Below are positions 37,650-48,539 of a DNA stretch of 64,000 bases, piece by piece (position 1 is the stretch's first letter; each line of letters starts with the position of its first letter). The position numbers and the translations under genes were made by a program. The notes under the pieces were generated by a model. The model was given only the letters and a program-made list of their open reading frames with translations, ran no database searches and was not told the origin of the DNA. The DNA is from a virus (lineage: Duplodnaviria > Caudoviricetes): the IMG/VR virus record IMGVR_UViG_3300012016_000004, positions 8,009 to 72,008 of that record. One strand, given 5' to 3'.

Positions 37650-39627
37650 TTAATTATCTATCGTATAATCGAAGTTACGCGGGTGCCAAATATGCCCACA
37701 TTCACGACACACGCAATTTGTTCTTACGTGTTCACCACCATCGTCTGCGCCCTCCGCTGTCACTATTCCATCCTCGACCTCGTATATGTAGCCAGTCACA
37801 CAATAATCGACGATTTGAAAGCACCGGCTCCCGCATTTCGGGCATTTCTTGTCTGTCATTTCTGCCCCTCCTTTCTTGCGTTAAGTCCAAGTTCGTAGAA
37901 GTGGCGAGCAATTTCTTTTATATCGCCAACCGTCATGCTCTGGTTGCCGAAATGGTTGCAAGTACAAAGCCCCAAATCTTCGTCAATGGTCATGTCTGGC
38001 AATTCAAGGATAAGGAGTTTCTCCAAATCCACCTCCGGCCGCTCCTGCTCAATGGAATCATTACGGATATATTCTATTGCAGTCATATCTTGCGGGGCGT
38101 AAGACATATCAATTGTCTTGTTATCTTTTGTTCTCGCATATAGGTATTTAGGGAAGACAAATTTCCCGCTTTGAACCTCCGGCTGCTCTTGCTGGAGGGA
38201 CTCAACAATATCTATAGCTTGTAGCAATCCAGCATCCTTACCTTGTTCCCACTCATCGTAATCCCTATCAACAACGGTTGGTATTAGATGCTTTCTTAAC
38301 TCGGAAATCAGTTTGTCTGCGTCAATGCACTTCATATAATCTGTTATGTCTTAAAGTTATCGGCCACCATTTGGCTTTCCAGAGAGAACGGCAGTTAAGA
38401 TGATTGATTTCATCTCCATAAATGTTTTCCATCCATTCAGCATGATTCTCTGGATTCTTACAGTTCTTGAAGAATAGTTCTATGATAAGTGTCAATATAA
38501 TCATAGGGCCAGGTGTTTTCGTGGAAAACAAAATTCATATTACTCGAACATTTGAGCTTCACACCAGTACAGAGGATAACAGTCCTGCTCGGCAATACCG
38601 ATTTGTTGGGCAACATCATCTGCGCCCTGGCTCCATATTACACGGATTATCCGACGATCGCCAAGGAACAAGAATACATCCATACCGTCATCCGGCTTCT
38701 TTTCTGCAATCTTCTTCCAATGGCCATAGTCCTTCTTCTCGCTCTCACGAGGCGCTATCCGAGAATGGCACCAACGATGGTAGTGCTCCAATACCGTGTC
38801 CTCTGTTTCGTACGGCTCTACCAAGATTGAGGCACTGTTAAAGGACAACATAATAGGACGTCCTTCTTCTTTAACCATCTCGACTGCTTCCTTTGCAGCC
38901 TTCTGAATAGTGGTGCCGGCAATCGGTCTGAATACGCGAATCGTGTCTTTATGCGTTTGACGAATATCCTTATATGGCTTTAATCGAAGTTCTTTAATAA
39001 GTGCGTCTGCATATGAGATTGCATTACACATTACGTGCTTCTTGAAATATGCGTTGTCAAACTGAGCGGCAACTGAGTGGCCACTGAAACGCTTATACCA
39101 CATAGGGTTCGCAAGGATGGATGCTGCAAATCGAGTGGCCGCTTCTTTTCTGAATTCAGAGACAGAATCTGATTCTTCTCCAGTCAGAACCTGGAGGCAG
39201 GATGGGAACATATATGCCTGGTGGCCATCCTCTGTACGACAGAGGAAAAGCCGACCGCCTGGGATATTCCAAATGCCTTCTGAATCCGTCTCCATCCCTG
39301 GGACGATCTCAACCACATCTCCCTTCTTGAAGTTCGGGGAGTACGGAGTTTCTTCTATTACTTTTGCTTTCATTTCTTTAACATCTTTTCTGTGACATAC
39401 ATTGCGGTATAGCATCCGAGGAAGTTCGTAAATGCTTGGACTAAGAGAGCTGTCAGCAAGTCATAGTCTGCAATAAACTTGATAACGACCGCTGAGAAAG
39501 TATAGCAGATGCAATTGGCGAAGCTACCTACCAGCTTTGATGGGTGCTTGATTATGACTATGTTCTTTGCAGTATGCAGGAACACGTTCAAAAAACCGAC
39601 AACGATATAAACGAGTAAACGAATCAT
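37650..39627 (-). CDS. Hypothetical proteins (37650-37859 Zn-ribbon, 37856-38335, 38540-39415, 39370-39627 membrane)
   Basis: CPKC...C..CGH in the first; overlapping operonic arrangement. Confidence 0.5.
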
Positions 39628-40190
39628 TTCTTCCTGAACTTATTTGACTGGTAGCGTGCAAACTTGTGCTGCTCTCGTAAAGCGTTAGCCCTTTTTCTCC
39701 TATCGTCTTCGATACGGACTTCGACTTGGGAGAAGAAATCTTTGATGTCTATCTTCGGCTCGAAACATTCTTCTTTGGGCTGAAAGCTTTCTGTTACTAT
39801 TTCGTCCGGAATAACGCTTGTAATGTCTTTGATTTCTTTTGGAAGAGTCTGAATACCGATGTCATCACCTATCTCTGGTCTAACGACTATTCTTACCACG
39901 TTGTATTCTTTTGCAAAGAACGCTACCGATTTTGTAACATCGGAACTCCCAACAAAAAGGACAATCGGGTTTTTGCTCGCCTTTGCACGAATAAGCGATT
40001 CGACTTCTTCACGAAATTCACACTCCTCCGTGCAGCCAACACAACGGGCCTTGTACTTCACTTGACCACGTCCGTATTTCAGTGTTGGGCAATACGGATT
40101 TCCAAGCAGATCAAACTCTATCTTTGACATCTTGTGAGTTATTTCGAATACTTCAAATAGCCTTCGACGATAAAATACTCGTCCGAACAC
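39624..40190 (-). CDS. Hypothetical protein
   Basis: 188 aa ORF; true start uncertain. Confidence 0.45.
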   Translation of the reverse strand: MFGRVFYRRRLFEVFEITHKMSKIEFDLLGNPYCPTLKYGRGQVKYKARCVGCTEECEFREEVESLIRAKASKNPIVLFVGSSDVTKSVAFFAKEYNVVRIVVRPEIGDDIGIQTLPKEIKDITSVIPDEIVTESFQPKEECFEPKIDIKDFFSQVEVRIEDDRRKRANALREQHKFARYQSNKFRKK

Positions 40191-40978
40191 GTGCCGTCAG
40201 TGAAGTAGTTCAGACTATTGATAGACGTCTCCACCGTTCGCCAAAAATTGACTTCCTTGCCATAGAGCATATATCTCTGCGCAAGGTGGAAATCTGTTAT
40301 TCTATCCTGCTTATGCGCATCAGAGAACTTCTCATAGAAGCGCTCATACAGAGTAATGTCTTCTTCCAGCAGTTCGTACCTTGTGTCGGTGGATATTCTT
40401 CTAACTTGGATGTATCGAACGTTTTCAAACTTGCTGATATACTTGATGAGGTCATCGAATTCATCCACGTTATATCTGCAGAGAACGATTGAAATTCGAA
40501 CATTATCTCCGCTTGCAGGAATGATATAATCCCAGTCCGGAATCGTACTGAAGCCCATTATCTTCTTGTTGACGTCCGGCTTCAATGTGTGGATGGAATA
40601 CGCAATCTCGTCCTTCATTGCGTGAATGCAATCCATCTTCTGTTTGGCAAGGATGCCGTTGGTTCTGACACCAACGAGGAAGCCCTGGCCCTGCAGAAAA
40701 TCAATAATCTCGGCCAAATACTTGTACTGGAGACCGTCAGCCGTTTGGCCGGTCAGATAGAGCTTCTTGATTCCTTCCTCTTTACATGTCTCAAGGAACG
40801 TATCAAAGTTCTTCCACTCTGAAAAGTGTACGTTCAGCTGGTTCTTTCCAGCGAGATTCTCGCTGATGTCTTTTCCAAGGCAGAAATAGCAATTTGCATT
40901 GCAGGCGCCAAGCAGGTTGATGTTCGCGAAAGAGAATCCTTCGCGGTTTCTATTCTTTTTGATTTCAACTTTTTCCAT
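40139..40978 (-). CDS. Radical SAM protein
   Basis: GACNANCYFC motif, then LYLTG and VRTNG. Confidence 0.85.
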   Translation of the reverse strand: MEKVEIKKNRNREGFSFANINLLGACNANCYFCLGKDISENLAGKNQLNVHFSEWKNFDTFLETCKEEGIKKLYLTGQTADGLQYKYLAEIIDFLQGQGFLVGVRTNGILAKQKMDCIHAMKDEIAYSIHTLKPDVNKKIMGFSTIPDWDYIIPASGDNVRISIVLCRYNVDEFDDLIKYISKFENVRYIQVRRISTDTRYELLEEDITLYERFYEKFSDAHKQDRITDFHLAQRYMLYGKEVNFWRTVETSINSLNYFTDGTCSDEYFIVEGYLKYSK

Positions 40979-41190
40979 AATTCAAACTTTTTTACCCCCG
41001 CACCATTCTTCCAACATTGTTCAGATGATTCTGGACGGCCAGAGCGATGTCGTGGCATACCTTCTTGCTGCGGATTTTAATCCGGCAGTCCCCGGTCACA
41101 CCGTCATAGCCGGGGATGACAATTTCCACGACCGGGGACTGCCGAATAGCCTCGACAAGAATCCTTTCGTTCTTCTCAAGACCTTTCATG

Positions 41191-41739
41191 CTACTTCTCC
41201 TCCAGAAGAAGGTAATCTGCGTAGAGTTGCGTGAACGTGGTCGCTGCGTAAAGCGCGAGGTCGCTACTTTTGAAGCAAAGCCGAGAGCCGAAGTGCGCAT
41301 ACGTATGCGAGGGGGCGTTAGGCGAGTACGAGCACGCGAGGCCGGCAGTATTCTTTATTCCTTGGACACGGACTACGGTGTAGCCATTTCTGCGGTATTC
41401 ATCGAACTCGTTTTCCTTGAGCATGATGAACCAGGGCCAATAGACATAGCATTCACCGCGCTTCTGAGGATGCTCCCATCCTTCATTCAGAGCCTTAGTG
41501 ATGGTCTCCAGCTTGAGCATTGCAGAGACATGGCGCTTTTCTCGCTCCGGGAGATAATCGAAGTTGACCGGCTTGATTCCGAGAACCTTGCAGGCATCTT
41601 CATAGGACTTTACGACATCGGTAATCTTGACCTTGCAGTCATTGCCGAACAGATGCTCCAGCATTTCGCGCTGGGATGGATTACCATTTCTCCAGGCATC
41701 CTGGACGGACTCTTGCGAGACCACTAATTCTTTCTTCAT
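41191..41739 (-). CDS. Hypothetical protein with a DGR variable-region-like C-terminal segment
   Basis: GLACSYSPNAPSHTYAHFGSRLCF at 41272-41346; preceded by a promoter and start-associated motif. Confidence 0.65.
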   Translation of the reverse strand: MKKELVVSQESVQDAWRNGNPSQREMLEHLFGNDCKVKITDVVKSYEDACKVLGIKPVNFDYLPEREKRHVSAMLKLETITKALNEGWEHPQKRGECYVYWPWFIMLKENEFDEYRRNGYTVVRVQGIKNTAGLACSYSPNAPSHTYAHFGSRLCFKSSDLALYAATTFTQLYADYLLLEEK

Positions 41740-41821
41740 AAACCACTTTCGTTAATTTGTTTTTTTGGTATTGTAAATCTAATCATTATTTTGGAAATAT
41801 CAAAATATAATCAGCTTATTT

Positions 41822-43132
41822 TCAAGCATTTGCACACATATTTGCAATGCGCTGGATTCTTCCCATATTGCGGTTAACCAACCGGACAATCCGCTTGTGA
41901 TAAGGACTCGAAGTGTCTCCATAGCCACGAGACTGGAGGACAATGAACTCCTTTGTGCTGATCTCGACCGTTTCAGCACGCTTTCCGTCAACCCTCGCTG
42001 TCATCAGAAGGGTTCCGTTCTTGTAGTATTCGCAACGGAAGACGCAGTGACCGAGATGGTTTCCTTCCTCCAGGACTTCCTTGACAGAGCGCAGCGTTCT
42101 GATGGTCAGCTCGTGGTCAGTGAACTCCAGTCCGAAGTAAGGAGCCATCTTCTTGACGTAAGCCGGGTTATCTCGTTCTGCTTTGGCCAGGTCTTCCTTC
42201 TTGGTTGTCTTCTTGGCGCGTCTCGCCTGCATCTGGAAGTGAGTCCGGGCCAGGTCATCCGGGCAAAGGTAGTAGGGGCTATGAATGTCCAGCCCCAGCT
42301 CCTGCAGGTCTCCGATATAGTCGCACCACGTCCTTACATCAGTGAACTTGTACTTGTGCCTGGTGGCAACATTGATGGCCTCCCAGGGAACGTTGATGAG
42401 CTTCGAGTCGGCCCTCAGCCGTTCAACGAATAGATTGCGGTAGCCTCTCTTGAGCAGAATCTCAGAGATGGGGTCTGTCAGCACAGAGACGATCTGGCGC
42501 CATGAGCAGACCTCGTCAGAAAGCCTCGTAAGACCTCTCTGCTTGACGGACGGCAGGAACTTGCATCCGCTGGCGATATATCCTCCGATACCACTATACC
42601 GACGGTGCCAGCATCGAAGCTCCATCGATGACTCGAACCTCCATAGGTCGTAGTACAGATTGCTCATATTCGTCAGCTTGGCGAAGACAGTTGTCTTCCC
42701 ATCCTGGCCTATCCAAATCTGACAGACCTCATCAATGAAGTCACGTTTCTGCTCCTCTCTGATTGACGTTCCGTAGAACTTGACCGGCCTGGTTCTGTGG
42801 GTGCTGACAAAGAACATCCTCTGAATCTGGAACTCGCCGGCCACATCCATCAGTTCGTAGTAATACCGGCTCTCTATTGAGTGCTTTTGCGTGTTCCTTA
42901 CCGGGAGGCGCTTGTGGCAGTGCGGGCAAACTGAGCGGCCATTGTCAAGGGCCTTCTTCCATACCTGGGTATCTTCCCAAATGTGACCGCAGTCAGTACA
43001 CCACGCCTCCTTCTTGGTTGCTATGATTTCGCCGTTCTTATGGAATGCTTCTTCCTTCTGCCTTGCCGTCAGAGGGCGTAGCAAGGGACGAAGCTCGATG
43101 CAACGGCGTTCTCTATCAGTGGTGGGTTTCAT
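41822..43132 (-). CDS. PcfJ-like domain protein
   Basis: N-terminal Zn ribbons; C-terminal EEGNHLGHCVF...TVEIS...LQSRG. Confidence 0.8.
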   Translation of the reverse strand: MKPTTDRERRCIELRPLLRPLTARQKEEAFHKNGEIIATKKEAWCTDCGHIWEDTQVWKKALDNGRSVCPHCHKRLPVRNTQKHSIESRYYYELMDVAGEFQIQRMFFVSTHRTRPVKFYGTSIREEQKRDFIDEVCQIWIGQDGKTTVFAKLTNMSNLYYDLWRFESSMELRCWHRRYSGIGGYIASGCKFLPSVKQRGLTRLSDEVCSWRQIVSVLTDPISEILLKRGYRNLFVERLRADSKLINVPWEAINVATRHKYKFTDVRTWCDYIGDLQELGLDIHSPYYLCPDDLARTHFQMQARRAKKTTKKEDLAKAERDNPAYVKKMAPYFGLEFTDHELTIRTLRSVKEVLEEGNHLGHCVFRCEYYKNGTLLMTARVDGKRAETVEISTKEFIVLQSRGYGDTSSPYHKRIVRLVNRNMGRIQRIANMCANA

Positions 43133-43135
43133 AGG

Positions 43136-43606
43136 CTACTCGTCGAACAAGAACATCACTCCACTCTCCTCCTCCTTCTGACGCTTCTCTTTTGACTTCT
43201 GACGGCGTTTCTCCTCCTCAGCCTTAATCTTCCTCGCCTCCTCCTCCGCGAGTCGCTCTATGGCCTTCTCTCGCGCCTTAGCTTTGTCTTCCTCACTCAG
43301 CTCCACTCCCGGAGTTGCGGTTGCGACCGAACCGACGCCATCCATCTTGCGAATCTCAATCTTCTCCTCATCGTAGTAGTGGACGGCGAGGCCGAAGCAC
43401 TCCTGGCGTGACGGCATGGCAACGGCGACGCGCTTTCCGCCCGCCTCCTTGACGTACTTGTGAAATATCTCGCCCTCGATGAACTCAAGGCACTTGTCTA
43501 TGCTCTTGTCCGGGTTGGCGAGCTTCTGGGCGAAAACCGGATCACCGGCAGCATAGGTTTCAAGGTACGCTTGAATCGCCTCCTGGATTGTCTGAAACTG
43601 GCTCAT
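43136..43606 (-). CDS. PcfK-like (AcrIIA9-related) protein
   Basis: IQAYLE..A..DPVFAQK...KSIDKC..FI...E.FGLAVHYYDEE; adjacent to pcfJ. Confidence 0.75.
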   Translation of the reverse strand: MSQFQTIQEAIQAYLETYAAGDPVFAQKLANPDKSIDKCLEFIEGEIFHKYVKEAGGKRVAVAMPSRQECFGLAVHYYDEEKIEIRKMDGVGSVATATPGVELSEEDKAKAREKAIERLAEEEARKIKAEEEKRRQKSKEKRQKEEESGVMFLFDE

Positions 43607-43635
43607 AATACTTACTTTCGTTATGGATGGTTATC

Positions 43636-46067
43636 CTATTTGCTTACTTGGCTTAATTGGATGCAGTTGTAACCGCCACAAGGCATGCATGCAATCGTGG
43701 GCTTCGTGCATCCCGTGATGTAAAGGTCTCCGGTATCACATCCGACCACAATCTGGAAAACGCCGGTCTTTGTCTCGATATTGATGCGATTGGCTTCTGT
43801 CTCATAGACCACATCGCCGACGGAATCTGTCACTTTCATAGGCCGAGCAACTTATTCGTATCCGGAACACGTAGGATGTCAACCTTGCATTGACGAGTGA
43901 ATCCTCCTGCCTCAGTAGCCGTGTAGTGTAACTCCAAAAGCTGATACTTGATTCTGCATTCGCACATCCACCCGTCATCAAGGATATGGAGCCATGCATC
44001 CGGGAATCTTTTCTTCACGGCCTCCTGGAACTCGTGGTTCTTTGCATTAGCCGTCTCGATATACTCCCGCTTGGCATCGTTCTCATTGAGGAGATACTCT
44101 ACCCAGGCTTCAATCTTCTTCTTGGATGCCTTGCCGATGAAATTCGGCCTTTCCTCATCATTGTACTTGAAGTCTCTTAAACGGCCTTCAACCTTGTCTT
44201 CTCTGTCCAAGAAAAGGCCGAATGTCTTGGCATTCCATGAATCCTTCCACGGAACCAGCACCAAGCCGGGCTTAATCCTTGGATTATCAGACTTGATGAT
44301 GCGGATGCAATACTGGGCTATCTCGAAACTGATGTACGTCTCAGGCTCGCCGTTGAACGTATTCCCGCATTGTTCGCGGAACTCATAGACATCGACCACC
44401 TCAGAGAAACCTTCGATTTCGAAGGCATCTTTGAGGACCTGGAGATTGTCATCAAGATAGTGGCGATGCGCCCCGTTCTCGATGTCACTCAGATAGTAGT
44501 CTTTCAAGTAGGTGCAATGCTCACGGGCAAATTGCAGAGCTTGTTCTTTTCCGATTACATTCATAAACTTACTTCGTTATCTTGTTAAACTTACTTTCTA
44601 TCAATAATGTGGGTCGATGCTGTGCATCTGATAGTGGAGCATCAGTATGACCGAATGCGGAGATGTTTCCTGCCCATCCATATACCAACGTCCGTTTCTG
44701 CGTAGAGTGAAGCGGTCTGTACGACCTTCCTCCAGCTCTGGTAGAATCTCGTAGTTATCAGCAAAGTAATCGATGCACTTCGTCTTGTTATGAGTGACAA
44801 TGACGGCTTTGGGCTTGCCAGCCTTCGTGTACTCAACTTCGGTGATGGTAGCAGCTCTCTTGTCAGAATAGTAGCAGATCGTGCATCCACGACCGACCTC
44901 TGGAATGATTTCCCGGATGGCCAGCTCTTTCTCCTTCCGGAGTGCGGATGCATCTTCTCTCGTCTTATACGCATTCTTGATGCGCTCAGTCAACTTTTCG
45001 ACCCTCTCGTATGATTCTGCAGGTGTCATAGCTATTAGTCTCTATCGTAATACCATCCATTCCAGTTGCTATCCATAAACACATTACGGTGGTAGCCTTT
45101 CAAGCAAAGGGCAATCTCTTTCAGCTGGTCATAGCTGAGCTGGCAGTCCTTGTCAATCCGGAACACGCTCTTTTTGAAGTCATCCCTGGAGCAATACCTC
45201 CGGTTCTTCTCGACGTAGTAGCGAATTTCGCCGGAGTAGAACTGCCCAGTTCGCTCGCGCTCCTCCTTGGAGTTCTCCGTCTTCTTGATTCCCATAACAT
45301 CCCAGTTCCTGCAGGGATTGTCGGAACCGAACAGAATCGCATTCCCATCCGCATCCTTCATCGGATGCTCATTCGTCTTGGACTTGAGGTGCAGCGGCTG
45401 CTTGGCATACGATACCTCGTTGAACCGTGCTATGATGTAGGCAATCAGTTCCGCTCTGAGAGTCTTCTCAAGCTCCTCGCGGGCCTTGGCCACCTGCTCA
45501 TTGAACTTCTCAATGGCTTTGGTGGTTCTTTCGATAGCGTCAGTCATCTTTTCCATAGCCTTACACCTCCATTCCTCTGTTATACTTGAAATGGTCGATG
45601 ACAGCCGTGACTGACATAAGGCCGTCTGACAGATTCCATCTTTTTTCGTGGTCTCCTGCCATAATCGCATCCTCAATGAGTTTGTCGTAGAAAAGGACAA
45701 TCTCATCGCGCTTATCCTTGAGCTGCTCGTTGGTCAGACCAGCCAGGTCGAGCTTTTCGGCAATCATCTTGATTTCTTCTTCGCTGGTGAAATGCTTGTC
45801 TTTCGGCTGATAGTCTTTCAGCCAGTCCAGAGAACCAAGCAACTCAGTATGCTGGAGGTTTCCCCATCCATCTGACTTCCTTGCGGAAGACCAGTATTCG
45901 GTGTACTCATCATCACCCCACTGAACCGGTTTGTCCAGGGCGATCTTTACTGAGACAGTGTACTCGTCTTCGTTGATTTCGGTGATGGTTCCAGTGACGG
46001 CCATTGCGGTGAAAACACCCTTGACCTTGCGTCCGATGATGGACTGATTGACTTCTTGGACTTTCAT
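43636..46067 (-). CDS. Hypothetical proteins (43636-43839, 43836-44564, 44601-45029, 45035-45556, 45561-46067)
   Basis: Contiguous ORFs; cassette headed by a promoter plus start-associated motif at 46068-46170. Confidence 0.55.
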
Positions 46068-46172
46068 CTTACTTTCGTTTTTAGTGGTTGTTATTTGGTA
46101 CTGTAAAGGTAGTCATTTTATTTGTTAATTCCAAATTTAATCCGCTAAAAATCAATAAGTTACACGAAATTT

Positions 46173-46547
46173 TTAATCGTCAATCGTCACTATCCGGAAC
46201 TCAACTCTTGGGTTCACTTTGTCAATGAACTTCTCGGCCACGATCTTCACGCAGCGGTTGTCGTTCTTCAATGTCTTGGTATGCTGCAAGCAGTCCTCCA
46301 GCACTTTGAGGGCGTTATCCAGGTCGCTGCTCATGGTGGGATAGTACACCCGGACATAGAACTCATACAGAGAATCTATCTCCAGGTTCCGGAGAGAGCC
46401 AACCTGCATATAGAACGAGCGCTCATAGTCCCTGATTCTGTCGGACTTAACTATCGTGCCGTGGCCATTTCTGGATGCGACACGATAGCTGTTCGACTTT
46501 GATGGGACTTTACCGATAATGGTCTTCCATCCGTAGTCCATGGGCAT
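46173..46547 (-). CDS. rusA: RusA-like Holliday junction resolvase
   Basis: VPSKSN...SDLDNALKVLEDCL...NDNRC...PRVEF. Confidence 0.8.
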   Translation of the reverse strand: MPMDYGWKTIIGKVPSKSNSYRVASRNGHGTIVKSDRIRDYERSFYMQVGSLRNLEIDSLYEFYVRVYYPTMSSDLDNALKVLEDCLQHTKTLKNDNRCVKIVAEKFIDKVNPRVEFRIVTIDD

Positions 46548-47530
46548 CAGTTCTGAATGGGATTCTTCTTGCGAGACTTCTTTGGTGCCGGTCCCTCCGG
46601 GATGCCGGCCATTGCCGAGATGTCATATACACCAAGTGTAGCAGAAGCACGAAATCCGTGTCCTTTCGTCTCGACAACCTCGAACTTAATGAGGCCGTTG
46701 GCAATGATTCCGCTGACGATACGGTTGATGCACTCTTGCTCCAGCTCCGTCAGAGCCTGGGCTTTTTCCTCTTGGGATTTGCCGGAGAAATCAGTCTTGT
46801 CCTCCAGTGTTACTTTCAGTCTTTTTAGCTGCATAATCTTCAAATTTTAACAGTTTTCCTTTCATTCTTTCTGGGTGTCCTTCAAGAACACTTCCGATAC
46901 AGTTTGCAATCCATTGGATTAAGTAGGCATGTGGTTCATCCTCATTCAGTGTAGGCGGGCTGATTCCGATCCAGTCACATAGCATCGTGACCACATGCAG
47001 AGCCTCGTGCGATACAACTCCCCAGCGACATTTCTTTGGCCGATACAGAATGATGAGATACTTCATATACTCCGTCTCCTTATCAACCACACACAGAGTT
47101 TTTGCCGTGAGAGTTGGGAAAGCCAGAAGCTCATCTGCATCTAACGACATCATCGTTTTCTTATCAACGACCTTGTTGTACCTCTGCGCAATCTCTGCTG
47201 ACGTCACACCAGGAACGTACTTGCATACAATCACCGGGAAGGGGTACACCACCGGGTCGAACTCAAACAGCTTCGTCTTCATCTCTTTTTTTCACGTTCA
47301 TTGAATCTACTATCAATAAAATCAGCATATTCTAAAATCCATACACAGACAATGAGCGGAGCAACCAGTGGCGCGAAGAATAGAGCTTTGAAAGCATTCT
47401 CAGCCAATTTGGAGAGCATAATCTCTTTCCTGGCAGAAAAAAGCCTTGTGAGCCTTATTACCGAATCTATAACGAAGACCAGATAGCTCACCGCCCAGAC
47501 GATAGATACGATGTCCCAAAACTTGCTCAT
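46547..47530 (-). CDS. Three ORFs: 46547-46843 hypothetical; 46791-47282 HExxH metalloprotein-like; 47279-47530 membrane protein
   Basis: SHEALH...EPHAY in the middle ORF. Confidence 0.55.
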
Positions 47531-48060
47531 AGGATTATTATCTCATTCTCATGCCGGCGTGAGATGTAGGCAAAGACCTCATCCCGCTGCACAAGGCGTT
47601 CTTTCACTTTACGACCATGTGCCTTGGCATAGGCAAGGCACCATTCGAAATCAGTAGTCCACGATATGCCTGGGTCTGGTATTCTGTCATAGGCCCGCCA
47701 GACTTTCAGAGGGAAAGTCATCTCCTCCAAAGTCTTCGCATCTTCAACGGTCATAAACCAGCCCTTGCATGGCCTTTTTGACTGGAAGAACGGACGGAAC
47801 TTATCTGCCAGGTCAGTTGAACCAACTCCCACCCAAACAGTGCGAAGCAGCTCCCAGTAGCGAGGATTAGAGAGGAGCCTGGACTTTCTGAACCAAATGT
47901 CCAGTGTCTTTTCCTCTGACTGCTCTACATCATACGCATTGACGAGCTGGCGGGCAATCTTTGCATCCATCGCCAGCTGCTTATTCGACAGCGCCGGGAT
48001 TCTTCGCGTGAACTCCGTCTGGTCAGTATTCGGCCTGGTATGGTTATAGACGGTTATCAT
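47527..48060 (-). CDS. Putative ADP-ribosyltransferase (R-S-E type)
   Basis: KVWRAY...GISWTTD...RHENEIII matches the R / S-x-T / E-x-E layout. Confidence 0.5.
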   Translation of the reverse strand: MITVYNHTRPNTDQTEFTRRIPALSNKQLAMDAKIARQLVNAYDVEQSEEKTLDIWFRKSRLLSNPRYWELLRTVWVGVGSTDLADKFRPFFQSKRPCKGWFMTVEDAKTLEEMTFPLKVWRAYDRIPDPGISWTTDFEWCLAYAKAHGRKVKERLVQRDEVFAYISRRHENEIIIL

Positions 48061-48539
48061 CTTCCGGAACTCCCATAACCGTTGGCGCCGCGCTCCGTGG
48101 AATCCAGCTCATCAACTTCGATGAACTCGATGTCGCACGTAAAGCCGATCTTGATTTGTCCGATTCTATCTCCGACGTGATACCTGGGCATGTTGGGCAT
48201 CACGTGATAGAACACCGCGCTTATCTCGCCGGTATAGCCTTCATCTATTGTTCCAGTGCAGTTCGACAGAACCATACCTGTCTTCCATACTGATGAGCGA
48301 GGACGAAGGTCGATTGATAACCTTCCCTGGTTTACGTACACCCTATGAGATTTCGTCTCATAAGCGATGGAAGTCAGTTGCTCCTTGTCAATCTGCAGAG
48401 CGAAACCAAGCCCATAGCGCCAAACATTCGGAGCTATTTCCTCCTCAGTGACGGCAGTCACATCATAACAGAAATCTGTCTTATTTGCTTTTGTAGGGAT
48501 GACTGCATCCGGGTGCAGTCTCTTAAATTTAAGTATCAT
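48057..48539 (-). CDS. dut: dUTPase
   Basis: RPRSS...GTIDEGYTGEI...GDRIGQ...RGANGYGSSG. Confidence 0.92.
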   Translation of the reverse strand: MILKFKRLHPDAVIPTKANKTDFCYDVTAVTEEEIAPNVWRYGLGFALQIDKEQLTSIAYETKSHRVYVNQGRLSIDLRPRSSVWKTGMVLSNCTGTIDEGYTGEISAVFYHVMPNMPRYHVGDRIGQIKIGFTCDIEFIEVDELDSTERGANGYGSSGR

